A stretch of DNA of 64,000 bases from an uncultured archaeon (GCA_964551375.1 CAZKBG010000001.1:42833-106832); one strand, 5' to 3'; numbered from the stretch's first letter, positions 49,201 to 58,644 are shown. Made by a program: numbers and translations. Notes: a model not told the origin generated them from the letters alone.

Positions 49201-50911
49201 TCACTTCTACGCTCCTCCTGCAAAAGACGCAAGCAAGAATAAGACAAAAGAAATGCTTTCAAATGAAAATGTTACAGGCGCACTATCTGACATGAGCACA
49301 AAGCTTGACGAGTTTGTAAAAGAAACACAAGCAAATCAAAAAACAACAACCGCAAAAACTCCGACAAACCCAGTTGAAAAATCAATGGACAGCTTGAGCA
49401 CTCAATTCAAAGACTTCGCAGAAAAAGCAAAGCAGACAAACATACTTCAGGCAACAGTAGAACTTCTTCCTCCATCAAGCGGAACATTATCAGGAAAAGA
49501 TGTATTTTACATTTGGTTTAAAGAAACACTAATGCCTTCAGGGTACCGCTCAACAGGAAAAATGATTATTTCAGACGGCAATAACTCAGTTGAAGCAAAC
49601 TTTGCAGAAGGCACTTTGAAAGTGAATGGAAAAGAAGTGATTGGAAAAGACAGTGCAGATCACACAAGACTGCTAACTCAAGACAACAGAATCCCTGCAG
49701 AAGTAGTTCCAATGACACTAAATAGAATCGCGGCTCCAATGAACGAAGGAACTGTATTTGAAATGAATTCATACGGCGAAGTAAAAATTCTTAACTCTGA
49801 TGTATTAAACTGCTTCCAAAAAGCAGTAAGAGACCAGACAGGAATAACTTACAGCGGAAGCGAAGTAACACAAGTAATGGGAAATCTCCAGGCAATAAGC
49901 ACAGACATGTACGGCTCTGTTTTCGCAAGAGATACTAAGATTTTCCTTGAGGGAACTGCAGCAAGAATGCAGGGAAGCTCATACTCTAAGTTTATAATAA
50001 ACGGATTTTGGAATACAAAATTAGTTGACGGCAACGGCTCGCTTGATTCAGGAAAATTCGTTGGAATGAACTTTGCAAACGGAACAATAGTTCTAAAGCC
50101 AGAAACAAATGAACTTGTTATTTGGATAAGACAGCACAAAGACGCAATATTAACAAGCAAGGACGTAAAAGATTTGAAAGCTACTCCCACAACAGTAAAA
50201 GATCCTGCGACAGATTGTGACACTCCCGCAATTGACCTTGAAGCAGTGCCATTTGCTAATGATGAACTTGGAGCTCAAAAAGTAGGCAACTTCAACACTT
50301 CAATGAATCACCTTGGTCCATTCACTCAATTCACAACCGACAAAAGAATTTATGAATTTTATTCAAAAAGAGACGGAAATAACGGAGACTGCAAGAATTA
50401 CTTTAGAGTAAGAGACAAAGACACTGGAAAAATATTGACAGACCAGGAAATAGTCGGACCAATAACTCAAGATGCTGACGGCACAATAAAATTCAGGACA
50501 GCAGACGGCAAACAGCAGTCCTTAAAGTTTGACGCAGAAAACGGGGTTCCAAAAGTTTCATACAATGGAGGAGCTCCAGAAACACTACTTTCAGCGCAGG
50601 GACCAAAAGGCTCATTCTGGTACGATCCAAATACAGGGCAGTGGTACCCAGAGAACGGACTGCAGATTCCTCTAAATCAAGCTTTCAAAGATAACGGTGC
50701 TTGGTTTGAGCCTGACAAAAATGGAAATGTTGTTGGTACACCTGAAAATAAAATGACATTTAACATCGGACAGGGAAAGGACTCAAGCTTTAACTTGCCA
50801 TCAATGCCAGAAACAGCGGCAGGAATAGCAGTATTCATGATGTTATTCTTATTAGTAGCATTCATGACAACACAGGGTAGATACAAAAGAAAAAGAAAAG
50901 ATTTACTTTAA
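46250..50911 (+). CDS. giant cell-surface protein (1553 aa) with signal peptide and C-terminal TM anchor
   Basis: Signal LITGIMLLSLILANPGFAYA; G/S/T-rich stalk; C-term AAGIAVFMMLFLLVAFMTTQGRYKRKRKDLL. Confidence 0.65.
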   Translation: MSQARQIFLHSLITGIMLLSLILANPGFAYAVESSAGVFSFAAPAVTPNTTGGIVLPASTSAGTGSTSTGGSTSGIVLPGGSGSGSTVIPNSVPAGTCSVSQLKPSEVKGILDLTHEGFNGKTISDKKIGDSNDSNKNGVKDLGDMSAIGKDISGKQAVKVDLPTIAAPANRFAFFDGSRITGPFGIGLILDDTLRVGRCDYPAQEQALCKINGSGLQVRTSGVGFTSDITNAFNSLKNTGKNLAENALSPDDYNKMRGNYLDINSNDFTTGSFGTGAQLKNSILTQQYNARNATTCNNSSCVISTYSAFDKYFNSWLTTDMVVSNIGPTLLHKGYKLFTKGAKSFGDGSLAGPWNQVMKAKRMVSPSEIFGKQRYAKYNALIKEEGFGKIFEPLTIQGKLFSSGAAGEIDKLVAKDSPIWKLDSEQRKKFFEAVEHLRAYSIANSEAMSAAEAAFKAQSDAASLIANPAARALAEKNAKISWGQDVSRVFNDWDDTVFLDSPAWLAKNEDLLSLGGYAMKRNGPPGAWPDGQGYIDVSTSGSFNFKEALKKFRDEGGWSGWANSTDAKSFAANADGSLKLYKISEEGTAIAQNVGLQDLKFHLSKSGSGTYSVKLPDGRLIPLNDASIDMIAGNPALPGHVTIFKSTYVEATPLTPEDFANRVTHSRITGRPNTAVRNMDDLHNALLQNDFAPRRFTSALDEQFAKEGDMIKKYYKDPTVGIYKGTILPVFYWNAKRGFGQEQFSAFMLPDTWTTLTVSQGTDKIYKDSYIDFYANEGSDQGDMFKRAFNSLAFVWTKALDLAAETNTFLKDGISKVSGGFFEGSATRDIVGDLAFYSHNESCAGCTGNINFKNNYFTLNGFNSGIAMQAFLLEAKTPEEKAKEGSLIVSYTHHSNLNGKSTQIEGGSIDIAKARISGETCDQKLRKMGLGWAGSGAGGVLALAENLGYVVGFGPGLVASLVQQMYFGRELQDCVDDVEGYYTHFYAPPAKDASKNKTKEMLSNENVTGALSDMSTKLDEFVKETQANQKTTTAKTPTNPVEKSMDSLSTQFKDFAEKAKQTNILQATVELLPPSSGTLSGKDVFYIWFKETLMPSGYRSTGKMIISDGNNSVEANFAEGTLKVNGKEVIGKDSADHTRLLTQDNRIPAEVVPMTLNRIAAPMNEGTVFEMNSYGEVKILNSDVLNCFQKAVRDQTGITYSGSEVTQVMGNLQAISTDMYGSVFARDTKIFLEGTAARMQGSSYSKFIINGFWNTKLVDGNGSLDSGKFVGMNFANGTIVLKPETNELVIWIRQHKDAILTSKDVKDLKATPTTVKDPATDCDTPAIDLEAVPFANDELGAQKVGNFNTSMNHLGPFTQFTTDKRIYEFYSKRDGNNGDCKNYFRVRDKDTGKILTDQEIVGPITQDADGTIKFRTADGKQQSLKFDAENGVPKVSYNGGAPETLLSAQGPKGSFWYDPNTGQWYPENGLQIPLNQAFKDNGAWFEPDKNGNVVGTPENKMTFNIGQGKDSSFNLPSMPETAAGIAVFMMLFLLVAFMTTQGRYKRKRKDLL

Positions 50912-50999
50912 AAAATAGCTAATTAGTTTAAAGCAGTCAGTACCTTAAAGGATTTTAAGTCAAGCACTTTTTATTTTTTGATTTAAGTTATTTTTGATT

Positions 51000-51743
51000 T
51001 TAAGTGTACATTGGAGTTGAATCCGGCTTCACTTCTTTTGTTTCCTCAATAGTCTTTAAGTGCTTAATTATGGACTCTTCAAGCGTCTTTGCCTCTTCAA
51101 GAAGCGGCTTAACATCAATGCTGATCTTAGTCAATGCGCAGATTATTTTCACCACTTCAGCAGCGGCATTATAATCAGCATTATTTTTTGCGTTTCCAAG
51201 CACGCAGAACGCTTCAATATTATTATCCTTAAGCCCAAGCATTAAAAGAGCAGTAACTCCTGAAGTAATTCCATTGTCAATCATTGGGATATTATTTTTA
51301 TGGATAATTTTCTTTGAAGCCTCATTGCTTGCAAAAGCATAAACAGGCTTTCCGTCAGGAATTCTTACCCCTGAAGTGGAAATAACCCTTGTAATTCCTT
51401 TCTTTTTAATCCAAGCAACCAGCTCATCCGAAGTAGGGGCTGCTATGATGTTATCAATAATCTGTTCAGCAAGTCCAATAACAACTTTGTACTTTTTATT
51501 GGCATAAATCCTCACAGGGTGCACAGGAAGCCCGTTTTGAATTCTAATCATGGGCATAAAATGCCTTGAGTCAATATACCCTATCTGCTCAAATTTTAAT
51601 TTATCAACAAGGTACCTTGAGCCGATAGTCCCTGCAAGTCCAAGATCCGGAAATCCTTCAATAAAAGTAAAGCCTTTAAGAGGCATATTTTTAGTTTCAA
51701 CAATTTTGATTAATTTATTTGTCTGCATTTCTTTCTCCGCCAT
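51000..51743 (-). CDS. PAC2-family proteasome assembly chaperone (COG1938, PbaA/PbaB-like)
   Basis: N-term ...LKGFTFIEGFPDLGLAGTIGSRYLV matches the PAC2 signature (IEGFPG.G.VG); start set at ATG 51743 (MAEKE) to abut the upstream gene rather than 51863. Confidence 0.55.
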   Translation of the reverse strand: MAEKEMQTNKLIKIVETKNMPLKGFTFIEGFPDLGLAGTIGSRYLVDKLKFEQIGYIDSRHFMPMIRIQNGLPVHPVRIYANKKYKVVIGLAEQIIDNIIAAPTSDELVAWIKKKGITRVISTSGVRIPDGKPVYAFASNEASKKIIHKNNIPMIDNGITSGVTALLMLGLKDNNIEAFCVLGNAKNNADYNAAAEVVKIICALTKISIDVKPLLEEAKTLEESIIKHLKTIEETKEVKPDSTPMYT

Positions 51744-51790
51744 TAACACACCTTGACAAAGAATTACTTTTATTGTTAATAAACCTTTCT

Positions 51791-52738
51791 TCAGTGAGCA
51801 AAAGTTTGCGACAAAGTGAATACTGCCATTGCAGCGGGGATTAATATCAGCGAATAAATCCAAAAATTTTTCTTATTTCCTTCCTGTAGTGCAAGGAAAA
51901 ATGAGCTTAACGCGCTGTATTCAAATATGTAAATAGCGGTTGAAAGAATTGCTGAGTCAAACAGCGCCGCGCGCTGTTCTTTATTCAATCCAAGCTCAAT
52001 TCCAGCAAGCCCGCTTCCATTAAATCCTCCAACAAGCCCGATGATTGCTCCAAGCACTGCGGGGACAATCAATCCTGCTGAAAGAAGAAGCGTATATTTA
52101 GTTATTAGCATTGTCGCCTGCCTTTCTTTAATTATCGCCTTAGTCTCAAGCAAATCTTCAGCGCTTTCTTTAAGCATATTTGATATTTTTGCCCCTGTTT
52201 TGTATCCATGAATGAATAAATCAATTGCTCTTGAGTATGCTTTGCTGTCATTAAGGAACTTTATCCTATTAAGCGCCTCTTCCACGCTTGCCCCGTTTGT
52301 TATTTCCTTATGCGCTCGCTTAAAATCGCTATCAATTAATTCAAATTCATGCTGTGAAATAATTGCAATGGTTTTTGCCATTGATGACTCATCGCAAAAA
52401 ACGCTTGCCTCAAGGAGGAGGTCGCTTAGCATTTCCTCCTTTTTTTGTTTTCTTCTTTCAAAAACAAGGTCCTGAAAGATATAGTTAAAGAGAAACGGGG
52501 CAAAGAATCCAAAAATTCCTGTGATTATTAAAAATTCAATTTTTTGCCCTATGAATTGCCAATAAATCATCATGGCGCAAATCATAAGCGCAGTTCCTTC
52601 AATTATGCTGATCGAAATAAATCCTTTGAAAGTTCTCATTTTGGAATTATTGATGGTGAGTTTATTTTCAAATTTAATAACTTTATTTGCGTCAAATAAT
52701 TCTCTTAACAACAGCTCAATTGCTTTATTTGCTTCCAT
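51791..52738 (-). CDS. type II/IV secretion system platform protein, TadC/FlaJ-like (T2SSF domain)
   Basis: Cytoplasmic helical domain (...AYSRAIDLFIHGYKTGAKISNMLKESAEDLLETK...) flanked by TM helices. Confidence 0.6.
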   Translation of the reverse strand: MEANKAIELLLRELFDANKVIKFENKLTINNSKMRTFKGFISISIIEGTALMICAMMIYWQFIGQKIEFLIITGIFGFFAPFLFNYIFQDLVFERRKQKKEEMLSDLLLEASVFCDESSMAKTIAIISQHEFELIDSDFKRAHKEITNGASVEEALNRIKFLNDSKAYSRAIDLFIHGYKTGAKISNMLKESAEDLLETKAIIKERQATMLITKYTLLLSAGLIVPAVLGAIIGLVGGFNGSGLAGIELGLNKEQRAALFDSAILSTAIYIFEYSALSSFFLALQEGNKKNFWIYSLILIPAAMAVFTLSQTFAH

Positions 52739-52789
52739 AACCAGTTCACATCCTGCTAATTTTGCTTTTAGAGTTTTTCTTCGTTAATT

Positions 52790-53692
52790 TTATTGTTTGA
52801 GAAAGATTGGCGTCTTTGATTCAATCATCATTAACACTGCAAAATCGATTACTGGAAAGCCAACGCATCCAATCAGTAGGATTTGTTGGGGGGTAAATTT
52901 TAGACTCATAAAAAAAGAGCCTATTAATACAAAGCTCATAAACATTGCTGGCACAATTGCGGATACTGCAATAAATACAAGCGCAAAGAGAACCATTTTT
53001 CCTGAAAATTCTTTAGTTTCAATTTTTTGCTTTAAGAGAAGCTCTTCCGCCAGTTTTTTTATTGAGGTGGAATCAGCAGAGCCTTGTTTTTGAAGATTTG
53101 CAAGATTTGCATTCATCCTCCTAATATTAAGCGAATCAAGCCTCTCGTTTAAATTTTCAAGTGCTTTCTCAAAACTTAATCCTTTTTTTAAGTCCTGCCC
53201 AATTATAGTAAATTCTTTAGCTGCTTCACCGCTTTCCATTCCTGCCTGCGTCACAGCTTTAGTTAATGATTTGCCAAACTGCACTTCATTAGCTATTTTG
53301 ATTAAAATTAAAGGCAGTTCTGCTTCAATCTGCTTCAATCTTTTTTTGTGCTTCATTAAAGGGATATTCAGCATTATTACAAAAATTACTGCTGTTAGTA
53401 TTGTTGCAATTGCTGCCGAAAGGAGAATATTTTTTTGCCATATTCCTATAATGAGCCAGATAAAAAGTCCGACAAAAATGCTTGTTTTGATTGAGTTTAA
53501 CTTGTGCGCATTATACTCTTTTTCGCGCATTTTTGCCTTCTTTTTTAAAAGATTATCAAAAATTCCATTTTCTTTATCTTTCATTAAATCACTTTCTTTA
53601 TTTCCCATATCTTGTGTTATTGTCCTATTATTTGTGTAATAAATGGTTTTTCTTGGCGAGTTAAAGTTAATCCTCATTCCCTGCCAGTTCAT
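52790..53692 (-). CDS. type II/IV secretion system platform protein, TadB/FlaJ-like (T2SSF domain)
   Basis: ...GKSLTKAVTQAGMESGEAAKEFTIIGQDLKKGLSFEKALENLNERL... plus TM helices; alternative start ATG 53608 avoids the 26-nt overlap with the ATPase gene. Confidence 0.6.
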   Translation of the reverse strand: MNWQGMRINFNSPRKTIYYTNNRTITQDMGNKESDLMKDKENGIFDNLLKKKAKMREKEYNAHKLNSIKTSIFVGLFIWLIIGIWQKNILLSAAIATILTAVIFVIMLNIPLMKHKKRLKQIEAELPLILIKIANEVQFGKSLTKAVTQAGMESGEAAKEFTIIGQDLKKGLSFEKALENLNERLDSLNIRRMNANLANLQKQGSADSTSIKKLAEELLLKQKIETKEFSGKMVLFALVFIAVSAIVPAMFMSFVLIGSFFMSLKFTPQQILLIGCVGFPVIDFAVLMMIESKTPIFLKQ

Positions 53693-55091
53693 AAAATTCC
53701 ATAAACTTAGCCACGTTTGTCAATTTTCTTAAAATGATTTCCTTATTTTTAGCAAGAGTTTCAATATCCTCTTCACTACATCTGAACGCCTGCTTAATCT
53801 TTTCATTTATTCTTTTTGAAGAAGCAGTTTTTTTCAAAAGATTGGCTCCATAATCAAATTCAAAAATTGGTTTTGCAGTTACTTTGCCTTTTCTTTCAAA
53901 AATTTCGCAGATTTGAGTAACTTTTCTTGTCTCAATTCGATTTTTGTTTTGGATTAAGTTAATTCTTTTTTGGACAAGCACTAAGTCAATTGATTTTAAT
54001 GTATTTTCCATTATTCCAAAAGAAATTAATCTCTGAATTGCTTCCTCCGAGCTTTCAGCGTGAAAAGTTGCATAAGAGCCCTTTGCCTGCCCAGCAAGCA
54101 TCGTATTTACATAAGCGCCTGATTCTTCTCTTGTTCGAATTTCTCCAATTATTACTCTATCCGGACGCATCCTAAATGTATTGTCAATTAATCCGCTCAT
54201 GGAAATGTTCTGCTGTTCAGCCGTGTTCATTTTAATAGTGTGATTTTGAGGCAGCAAAAGTTCAGGAGTTTCTTCAACTACTACAATTCTTTCATCTTTT
54301 GGCAGAAAGCAGAATAATGCATTAAGCGTGGTTGTTTTTCCAGAGCCTGTATTTCCACACACAAGAATTGAACAGGAGGACTGCATTGCAAGCCACAAAA
54401 ATGCCATTGCCTCAAAACTAATTGTTCCAATATCTGCCAAATCTGAAGGAGTAAAAGGATTTTCTTTAAATTTTCGAATTGTTGCATTAATTCCTGAAAA
54501 TGCGACAGGATTAATTGATGCATTAAGTCTTGAGCCGTCTTTAAGCACCGCATTAAGCATCGGCTTGTGGTAGGATAATTGTCTTCCGAGCGGTGAAGCC
54601 ATTTTGTTAATTATTGTTCTAATTCGTTCTTCATTTTCAAAGCTTAAATTTGTAGTCAGCCAGCCAAAAGTTCGGTGGTAAACCATAATGGGTTTTTTTG
54701 GGCCGTTAATTACAATTTCTTCAAAATCAGGGTCAGATAATAATGGAGTTAAGATACTTTCTCCAATTGACTCCCACTCGAGCAAAGTGCTGATTTTTTC
54801 CCGCTGTTCTTTTGTGAGTAAAATCATTCTTTCAAGGCAGTATTCTTTTAAGAAAAAATATATGTCCGCTTTTGATGCAATCATTTTGTTATGTAGTTTT
54901 AGTTCTTTTAGGGCGCTGGCAAAAAAGATTTTTTCTTTTTCATTAAGCTCTGGAATTTTTGCCAAAAGAAACCGCTTGTCCTTTACTGCGACAATTTCTC
55001 CGCTTAAACATTCACTAAGCTTCTTTGAGTACTCAATATCTTCAACTTTAAAATCAATCTTTTCCATTAAATTGAATTTTGCTTGTGGCAA
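53667..55091 (-). CDS. FlaI/TadA/VirB11-family secretion ATPase (archaeal pilus/archaellum assembly ATPase)
   Basis: Walker A ILVCGNTGSGKTT, Asp box ERIVVVEETPEL, Walker B DRVIIGEIR, His box SYATFHA; N-domain ...DGSRLNASINPV...IRKF. Confidence 0.8.
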   Translation of the reverse strand: MPQAKFNLMEKIDFKVEDIEYSKKLSECLSGEIVAVKDKRFLLAKIPELNEKEKIFFASALKELKLHNKMIASKADIYFFLKEYCLERMILLTKEQREKISTLLEWESIGESILTPLLSDPDFEEIVINGPKKPIMVYHRTFGWLTTNLSFENEERIRTIINKMASPLGRQLSYHKPMLNAVLKDGSRLNASINPVAFSGINATIRKFKENPFTPSDLADIGTISFEAMAFLWLAMQSSCSILVCGNTGSGKTTTLNALFCFLPKDERIVVVEETPELLLPQNHTIKMNTAEQQNISMSGLIDNTFRMRPDRVIIGEIRTREESGAYVNTMLAGQAKGSYATFHAESSEEAIQRLISFGIMENTLKSIDLVLVQKRINLIQNKNRIETRKVTQICEIFERKGKVTAKPIFEFDYGANLLKKTASSKRINEKIKQAFRCSEEDIETLAKNKEIILRKLTNVAKFMEFYELAGNED

Positions 55092-55436
55092 TTAAATACT
55101 TTTCTTAAAATTCGTTTTCTGACGAACAGAACTTGCCAAAATATCCTCTTTTTGTTATGTTTATTTTGTTTTTGCAGAAAAACAAACCTCGTTATTTTGG
55201 TTAGTTTTGGCTGAATAAGTAATTTTAGAAGGGGTTGCTGATTATGTTTAGTTAAAAAATCCATTTTTTGGTTGCTTTACGCAAAACGTAATTTTTATAT
55301 ATTAGTTAGGCTCTAATAATAGTCGGGTTATCACCCCGATTTCTATAGGTAAAGGCAAGAAAAGGCAAAGGAGGAAAGGAAAGCGTCTGATTAAAGGCTT
55401 TCTTTCCTTCTTTTAAAAAACTTTTTTAGCATTAGT

Positions 55437-55811
55437 TCATTTTTTGGGCTTGTCCCATTCAACTTTCTGCCCTATTCTAAGTTGGAAAATTTTGTTTTCA
55501 GGCATTTCAATAACATACTTAGCAGCTTTTTTTGGAGTGTAATTAGGCGTGAATGGAGTTAATGTAACCTTATCCACAATAATTTTATTTTTATCCAAAA
55601 ACAGGACATCAATTGGAAAGAAAACAAAAAGCATGTGAAGAGAGGTCCCAATCTTGCTCTCAACAGGGAAATCAAAAATAAGCGCATAATTAAAGTTCTT
55701 TTTATCCTCAAACATTAATCCCTTTGTCCGTTCCCAGCTGTTATTTGCGAAACGAACATTCTTCATCAATACTTTATTTCCTACTTTTAGCACCATTATC
55801 CACTCAAGCAA
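55437..55811 (-). CDS. DUF192-like (COG1430) small protein
   Basis: MLFVFFPIDVLFLDKNKIIV and ~120 aa size resemble DUF192; weak. Confidence 0.4.
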   Translation of the reverse strand: MLEWIMVLKVGNKVLMKNVRFANNSWERTKGLMFEDKKNFNYALIFDFPVESKIGTSLHMLFVFFPIDVLFLDKNKIIVDKVTLTPFTPNYTPKKAAKYVIEMPENKIFQLRIGQKVEWDKPKK

Positions 55812-55873
55812 GTTATGTTTTATATACGTTCTTGTTTTTTCAAAAAAATAAATGAAAATTAACTTATGTTTAA

Positions 55874-56287
55874 TTACTTTAACAGCTCAAGCGAAGGCAC
55901 TTTAATTTCAGTCAGAAGCATTTCAGTTTTTTTTGGAAGATTTTTTTCCTTTTCTTCTCTCTTTTTCAACTCAGCAATTATTTTATCAATTTCGCCCATT
56001 TTTGACTTAAGCTCGTCAATGACTTTTTTTATGTCCTCTTTTTGAGCAGGATCAATATTAGAAGGCACTTTTGGCTGTTCTGCACTTGGATTAGCCAAAG
56101 GGGCTTGTGCTGGCTGAGGTTGTGAAGTTTGAACTGATGCTGGCTTTGCCTGGGCTTCATTTTGAGCCTGGTTTTGATTAGCGTTAGTATTTGTATTTTG
56201 CGCATTCTGCTGGTTTTGCTGGACCTTATTTTTAGGATATAATCCTGAAAACAATTCATCAAGTAGGGGATTTCTTTCATCAGACAT
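55874..56287 (-). CDS. Q/N/A-rich low-complexity protein with C-terminal coiled-coil
   Basis: QQNQQNAQNTNTNANQNQAQNEAQ... then KEDIKKVIDELKSKMGEIDKIIAELKKREEKEK. Confidence 0.4.
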   Translation of the reverse strand: MSDERNPLLDELFSGLYPKNKVQQNQQNAQNTNTNANQNQAQNEAQAKPASVQTSQPQPAQAPLANPSAEQPKVPSNIDPAQKEDIKKVIDELKSKMGEIDKIIAELKKREEKEKNLPKKTEMLLTEIKVPSLELLK

Positions 56288-56383
56288 GCAATTAGTACGT
56301 CTTTAGAGTATAAATATTTTTCATTAAAAGCATTAAATCCAAAAATCCGAAAGCTATTTATTCTACCCTTTACTTTATACCTT

Positions 56384-57043
56384 ATGCGAAGTGAATATGC
56401 TGACAAAATGATAACCGACTTGTCGGCAAGGAAAATTCCCCGTGTGGAAACTGTTTCTGGAGTAATGATTTCAATTACTTCTAATTCAGTTTATCCTCCA
56501 AAAGGAACTGTTTCTGAAGCAGTTGCAAGCGCAATACCAAAAATACTAAAGAGATACACTAATCCGAGGGTTCTTGATTATGGATGCGGAACTGGATTTT
56601 TAGGAATAGTTTCCGCAAAATACGGCGCAAAAGTAACTGCGCTTGATTTATCCCCGGATGCTATTGAACACACCTCAACAAATATGGTTCTTAACGGCGT
56701 TGATTTTGATGTGCGCTACAGCGACGGCTTCTCCGCACTACTTGGAACAGAAAAATTTGATTTAATCCTTGCGGTTCTTCCCTTTGAGGAAGCAAAGCCA
56801 AATACCCAGCTTGAAGTTGCATTTTATGATGAAAACTCAGTTGCAAAAAATACTCTTTTTGCAAATGCAAAAAAACATTTGACAAAAGAAGGCACAATTT
56901 TGTTTGTGTATTCCGACAGGATGCAAAAAATACTTCCAATGGAAACATTTGTGAAAGGATTTAATTTTAAAAAAATAGTTTCAAGCACAGTAATGGGCGA
57001 TAATTACTTTGTGGTTCAATTAACTCCAAAAACTTTTTACTAA
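56384..57043 (+). CDS. class I SAM-dependent methyltransferase (methyltransferase small-domain type)
   Basis: Motif I VLDYGCGTGFLGIV; motif II KVTALDLSPDAI; motif IV-like FDLILAVLPF. Confidence 0.65.
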   Translation: MRSEYADKMITDLSARKIPRVETVSGVMISITSNSVYPPKGTVSEAVASAIPKILKRYTNPRVLDYGCGTGFLGIVSAKYGAKVTALDLSPDAIEHTSTNMVLNGVDFDVRYSDGFSALLGTEKFDLILAVLPFEEAKPNTQLEVAFYDENSVAKNTLFANAKKHLTKEGTILFVYSDRMQKILPMETFVKGFNFKKIVSSTVMGDNYFVVQLTPKTFY

Positions 57044-57072
57044 AATAAATGCTGATTATTTATAACTGTTAA

Positions 57073-57711
57073 TTATTTCAGCACATCCCCAGTCTCATTG
57101 CTCCAGAAGATTAAATCAAGCTCCGCAAAGCTAAGCTTATGCTTTAAGCAGAATTCACTCATTTTATTCTCAATTTCAAGATATTTTTTCTTTGTAATCG
57201 TTTTTGGAAGTGCATCAATAACTCCGCATTTAACAAGATTCTTCAAAATATGCCTGTCAAGTATAGCCACATGCTCTCCAAAGCCAATATTTCTCAAAAA
57301 GTGAGATGCTTCTTTGTACCCATATCCGTTAACTTCGCTTACCAAAAACTCCCTGCATTTAATAGGCGCATTAGGAAGCCCAGCTTCTTGAAGGATTTTA
57401 TTTACTTTATTCACAGCAAATTTTTTTTGAACTTCAACAAGCCGCAAAGCCTTGGTTCTGAAAAATCTAACATTTTTTAAAAAAGGTTCTTTATCCTTGG
57501 CAGTTCCTTTAGTCAACAAGTTATGTTGTTTTAGAAGATTAATAGTTTTAATTGCCTGCTTTGCAGAGCTTTGGGGGGTGAGAATGCAAAAGCAAAGCTC
57601 CTCATAAACTTTTTCGTTTGAATTCCAATTTGATTTAAACTCATTAAGCGCTTTGTCAATTTTTGCGCTGATTTCACCTCTTGCAATGCAGATTTGGGGT
57701 TTCATGCACAA
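57073..57711 (-). CDS. N-glycosylase/DNA lyase, Ogg2-like 8-oxoguanine DNA glycosylase (HhH-GPD)
   Basis: HhH motif ...YKEASHFLRNIGFGEHVAILDRHILK...; ~210 aa. Confidence 0.65.
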   Translation of the reverse strand: MCMKPQICIARGEISAKIDKALNEFKSNWNSNEKVYEELCFCILTPQSSAKQAIKTINLLKQHNLLTKGTAKDKEPFLKNVRFFRTKALRLVEVQKKFAVNKVNKILQEAGLPNAPIKCREFLVSEVNGYGYKEASHFLRNIGFGEHVAILDRHILKNLVKCGVIDALPKTITKKKYLEIENKMSEFCLKHKLSFAELDLIFWSNETGDVLK

Positions 57712-57826
57712 CTCCAGTTTTGGTTGTTGTTTAAAACCTTCTCCCTGGATTATTAGTACATTATTCGAATAGGACTTCTGCCGAGTAATTTATAAACAAA
57801 TTAAGTTCTCAATATATAGAGCAGTT

Positions 57827-58534
57827 TTGGGTGATAAGTTGATTGAATCAATAGCATTTATCCCTGACGGGAACAGAAGATATGCTAAAACCGCAGGCAT
57901 ATCATACGCTCAAAGTTACTTGATTGGAACACAAAAAGCATGGGATGTAATTGATTGGATAAAAAAATACCCTTCAATAAAGAACGGAGTGTTTTACACA
58001 TTTTCTTTAAAAAACTTTGAACGCTCAAAAGCAGAGCTTTCAGTGTTAATGAAAATTTTTGAGCATGAGCTTGACAGGGTAAAGAAGCACAAAATCATAA
58101 CAGAAAATGGGATAAAATTAAAATTCATTGGGAGAAAAGAAGTATTTTCAAAAAAACTGCAGACAAAAATGAATGAGGTTGAAGAATATACTTCACAATT
58201 CGATTCAAAAACAATTTACCTTGCGCTTGGCTATGACGGACAGGCTGAAATAGTTGATGCGAGCAAGAAATTTGCGCAGGATGTAAAGAGCGGCAAAATT
58301 TCGCTTAACGAACTTGACACTAAAACATTCCAGCATTATTTATACGCTGATTTTAAAGCGCCTGATTTGATTGTGAGAACCTCAAAAGAACAGCGCTTGA
58401 GCGGATTTTTAACTTACCAAAGCTCTTATTCAGAACTTTCCTTCATTAACAAGTACTGGCCGGAGTTAAAAGAAAAAGATGTTGATAAAGTAATTCACGA
58501 CTTTGAAAACAGAGAAAGAAGATTTGGAAAGTAA
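57827..58534 (+). CDS. uppS: isoprenyl (cis-prenyl) transferase, undecaprenyl-diphosphate synthase family
   Basis: IAFIPDGNRRYA matches the cis-IPPS signature (IMDGNRRWA); ...LIVRTSKEQRLSGFL (RTSGExRxSxF); TTG start; TATA (aatatata) just upstream. Confidence 0.8.
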   Translation: MGDKLIESIAFIPDGNRRYAKTAGISYAQSYLIGTQKAWDVIDWIKKYPSIKNGVFYTFSLKNFERSKAELSVLMKIFEHELDRVKKHKIITENGIKLKFIGRKEVFSKKLQTKMNEVEEYTSQFDSKTIYLALGYDGQAEIVDASKKFAQDVKSGKISLNELDTKTFQHYLYADFKAPDLIVRTSKEQRLSGFLTYQSSYSELSFINKYWPELKEKDVDKVIHDFENRERRFGK

Positions 58535-58572
58535 TTGCCTATTTTGTTCTTTTTTAATTAAAAAATAGAAAT
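58535..58572. terminator. bidirectional oligo-T/oligo-A tract between uppS (+) and tRNA (-)
   Basis: ttgttcttttttaattaaaaaatagaaat: T6 on the plus strand after uppS; ATTTCTATTTTT on the minus strand after the tRNA. Confidence 0.4.
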
Positions 58573-58644
58573 AGCCCCTCCCAGATTCGAACTGGGGTCT
58601 GGAGATCCAGAGTCTCCCATCCTTGGCCACTAGACGAAGGGGCT
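58572..58644 (-). tRNA. tRNA-Gln (anticodon CUG), no encoded CCA
   Basis: Minus-strand read AGCCCCT-TC-GUCU..GGAU-G-GGAGA-CUCUGGA-UCUCC-AGAC-CCCAG-UUCGAAU-CUGGG-AGGGGCU-A: 7-bp acceptor stem, T-loop UUCGAAU, anticodon loop cU-CUG-GA, discriminator A, followed by a T-tract. Confidence 0.75.

Noticed and set aside
46255-50886. Multiple 60-125 aa antisense ORFs within the 1553-aa surface protein gene
   Set aside because: All lie inside a continuous 4.6-kb ORF with signal peptide and C-terminal anchor; shadow ORFs.
53608-53692. 26-nt overlap between the ATPase 3' end and the TadB-like ORF start (53692)
   Set aside because: Could indicate a frameshift or fusion, but an in-frame ATG at 53608 gives a conventional non-overlapping start. 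Treated as start-site ambiguity, not a pseudogene.
54281-55095. ORFs 54281..54553(-), 54328..54573(+), 54688..55095(+) overlapping the secretion ATPase gene
   Set aside because: The ATPase frame carries Walker A/B and Asp/His boxes; alternative frames are spurious.
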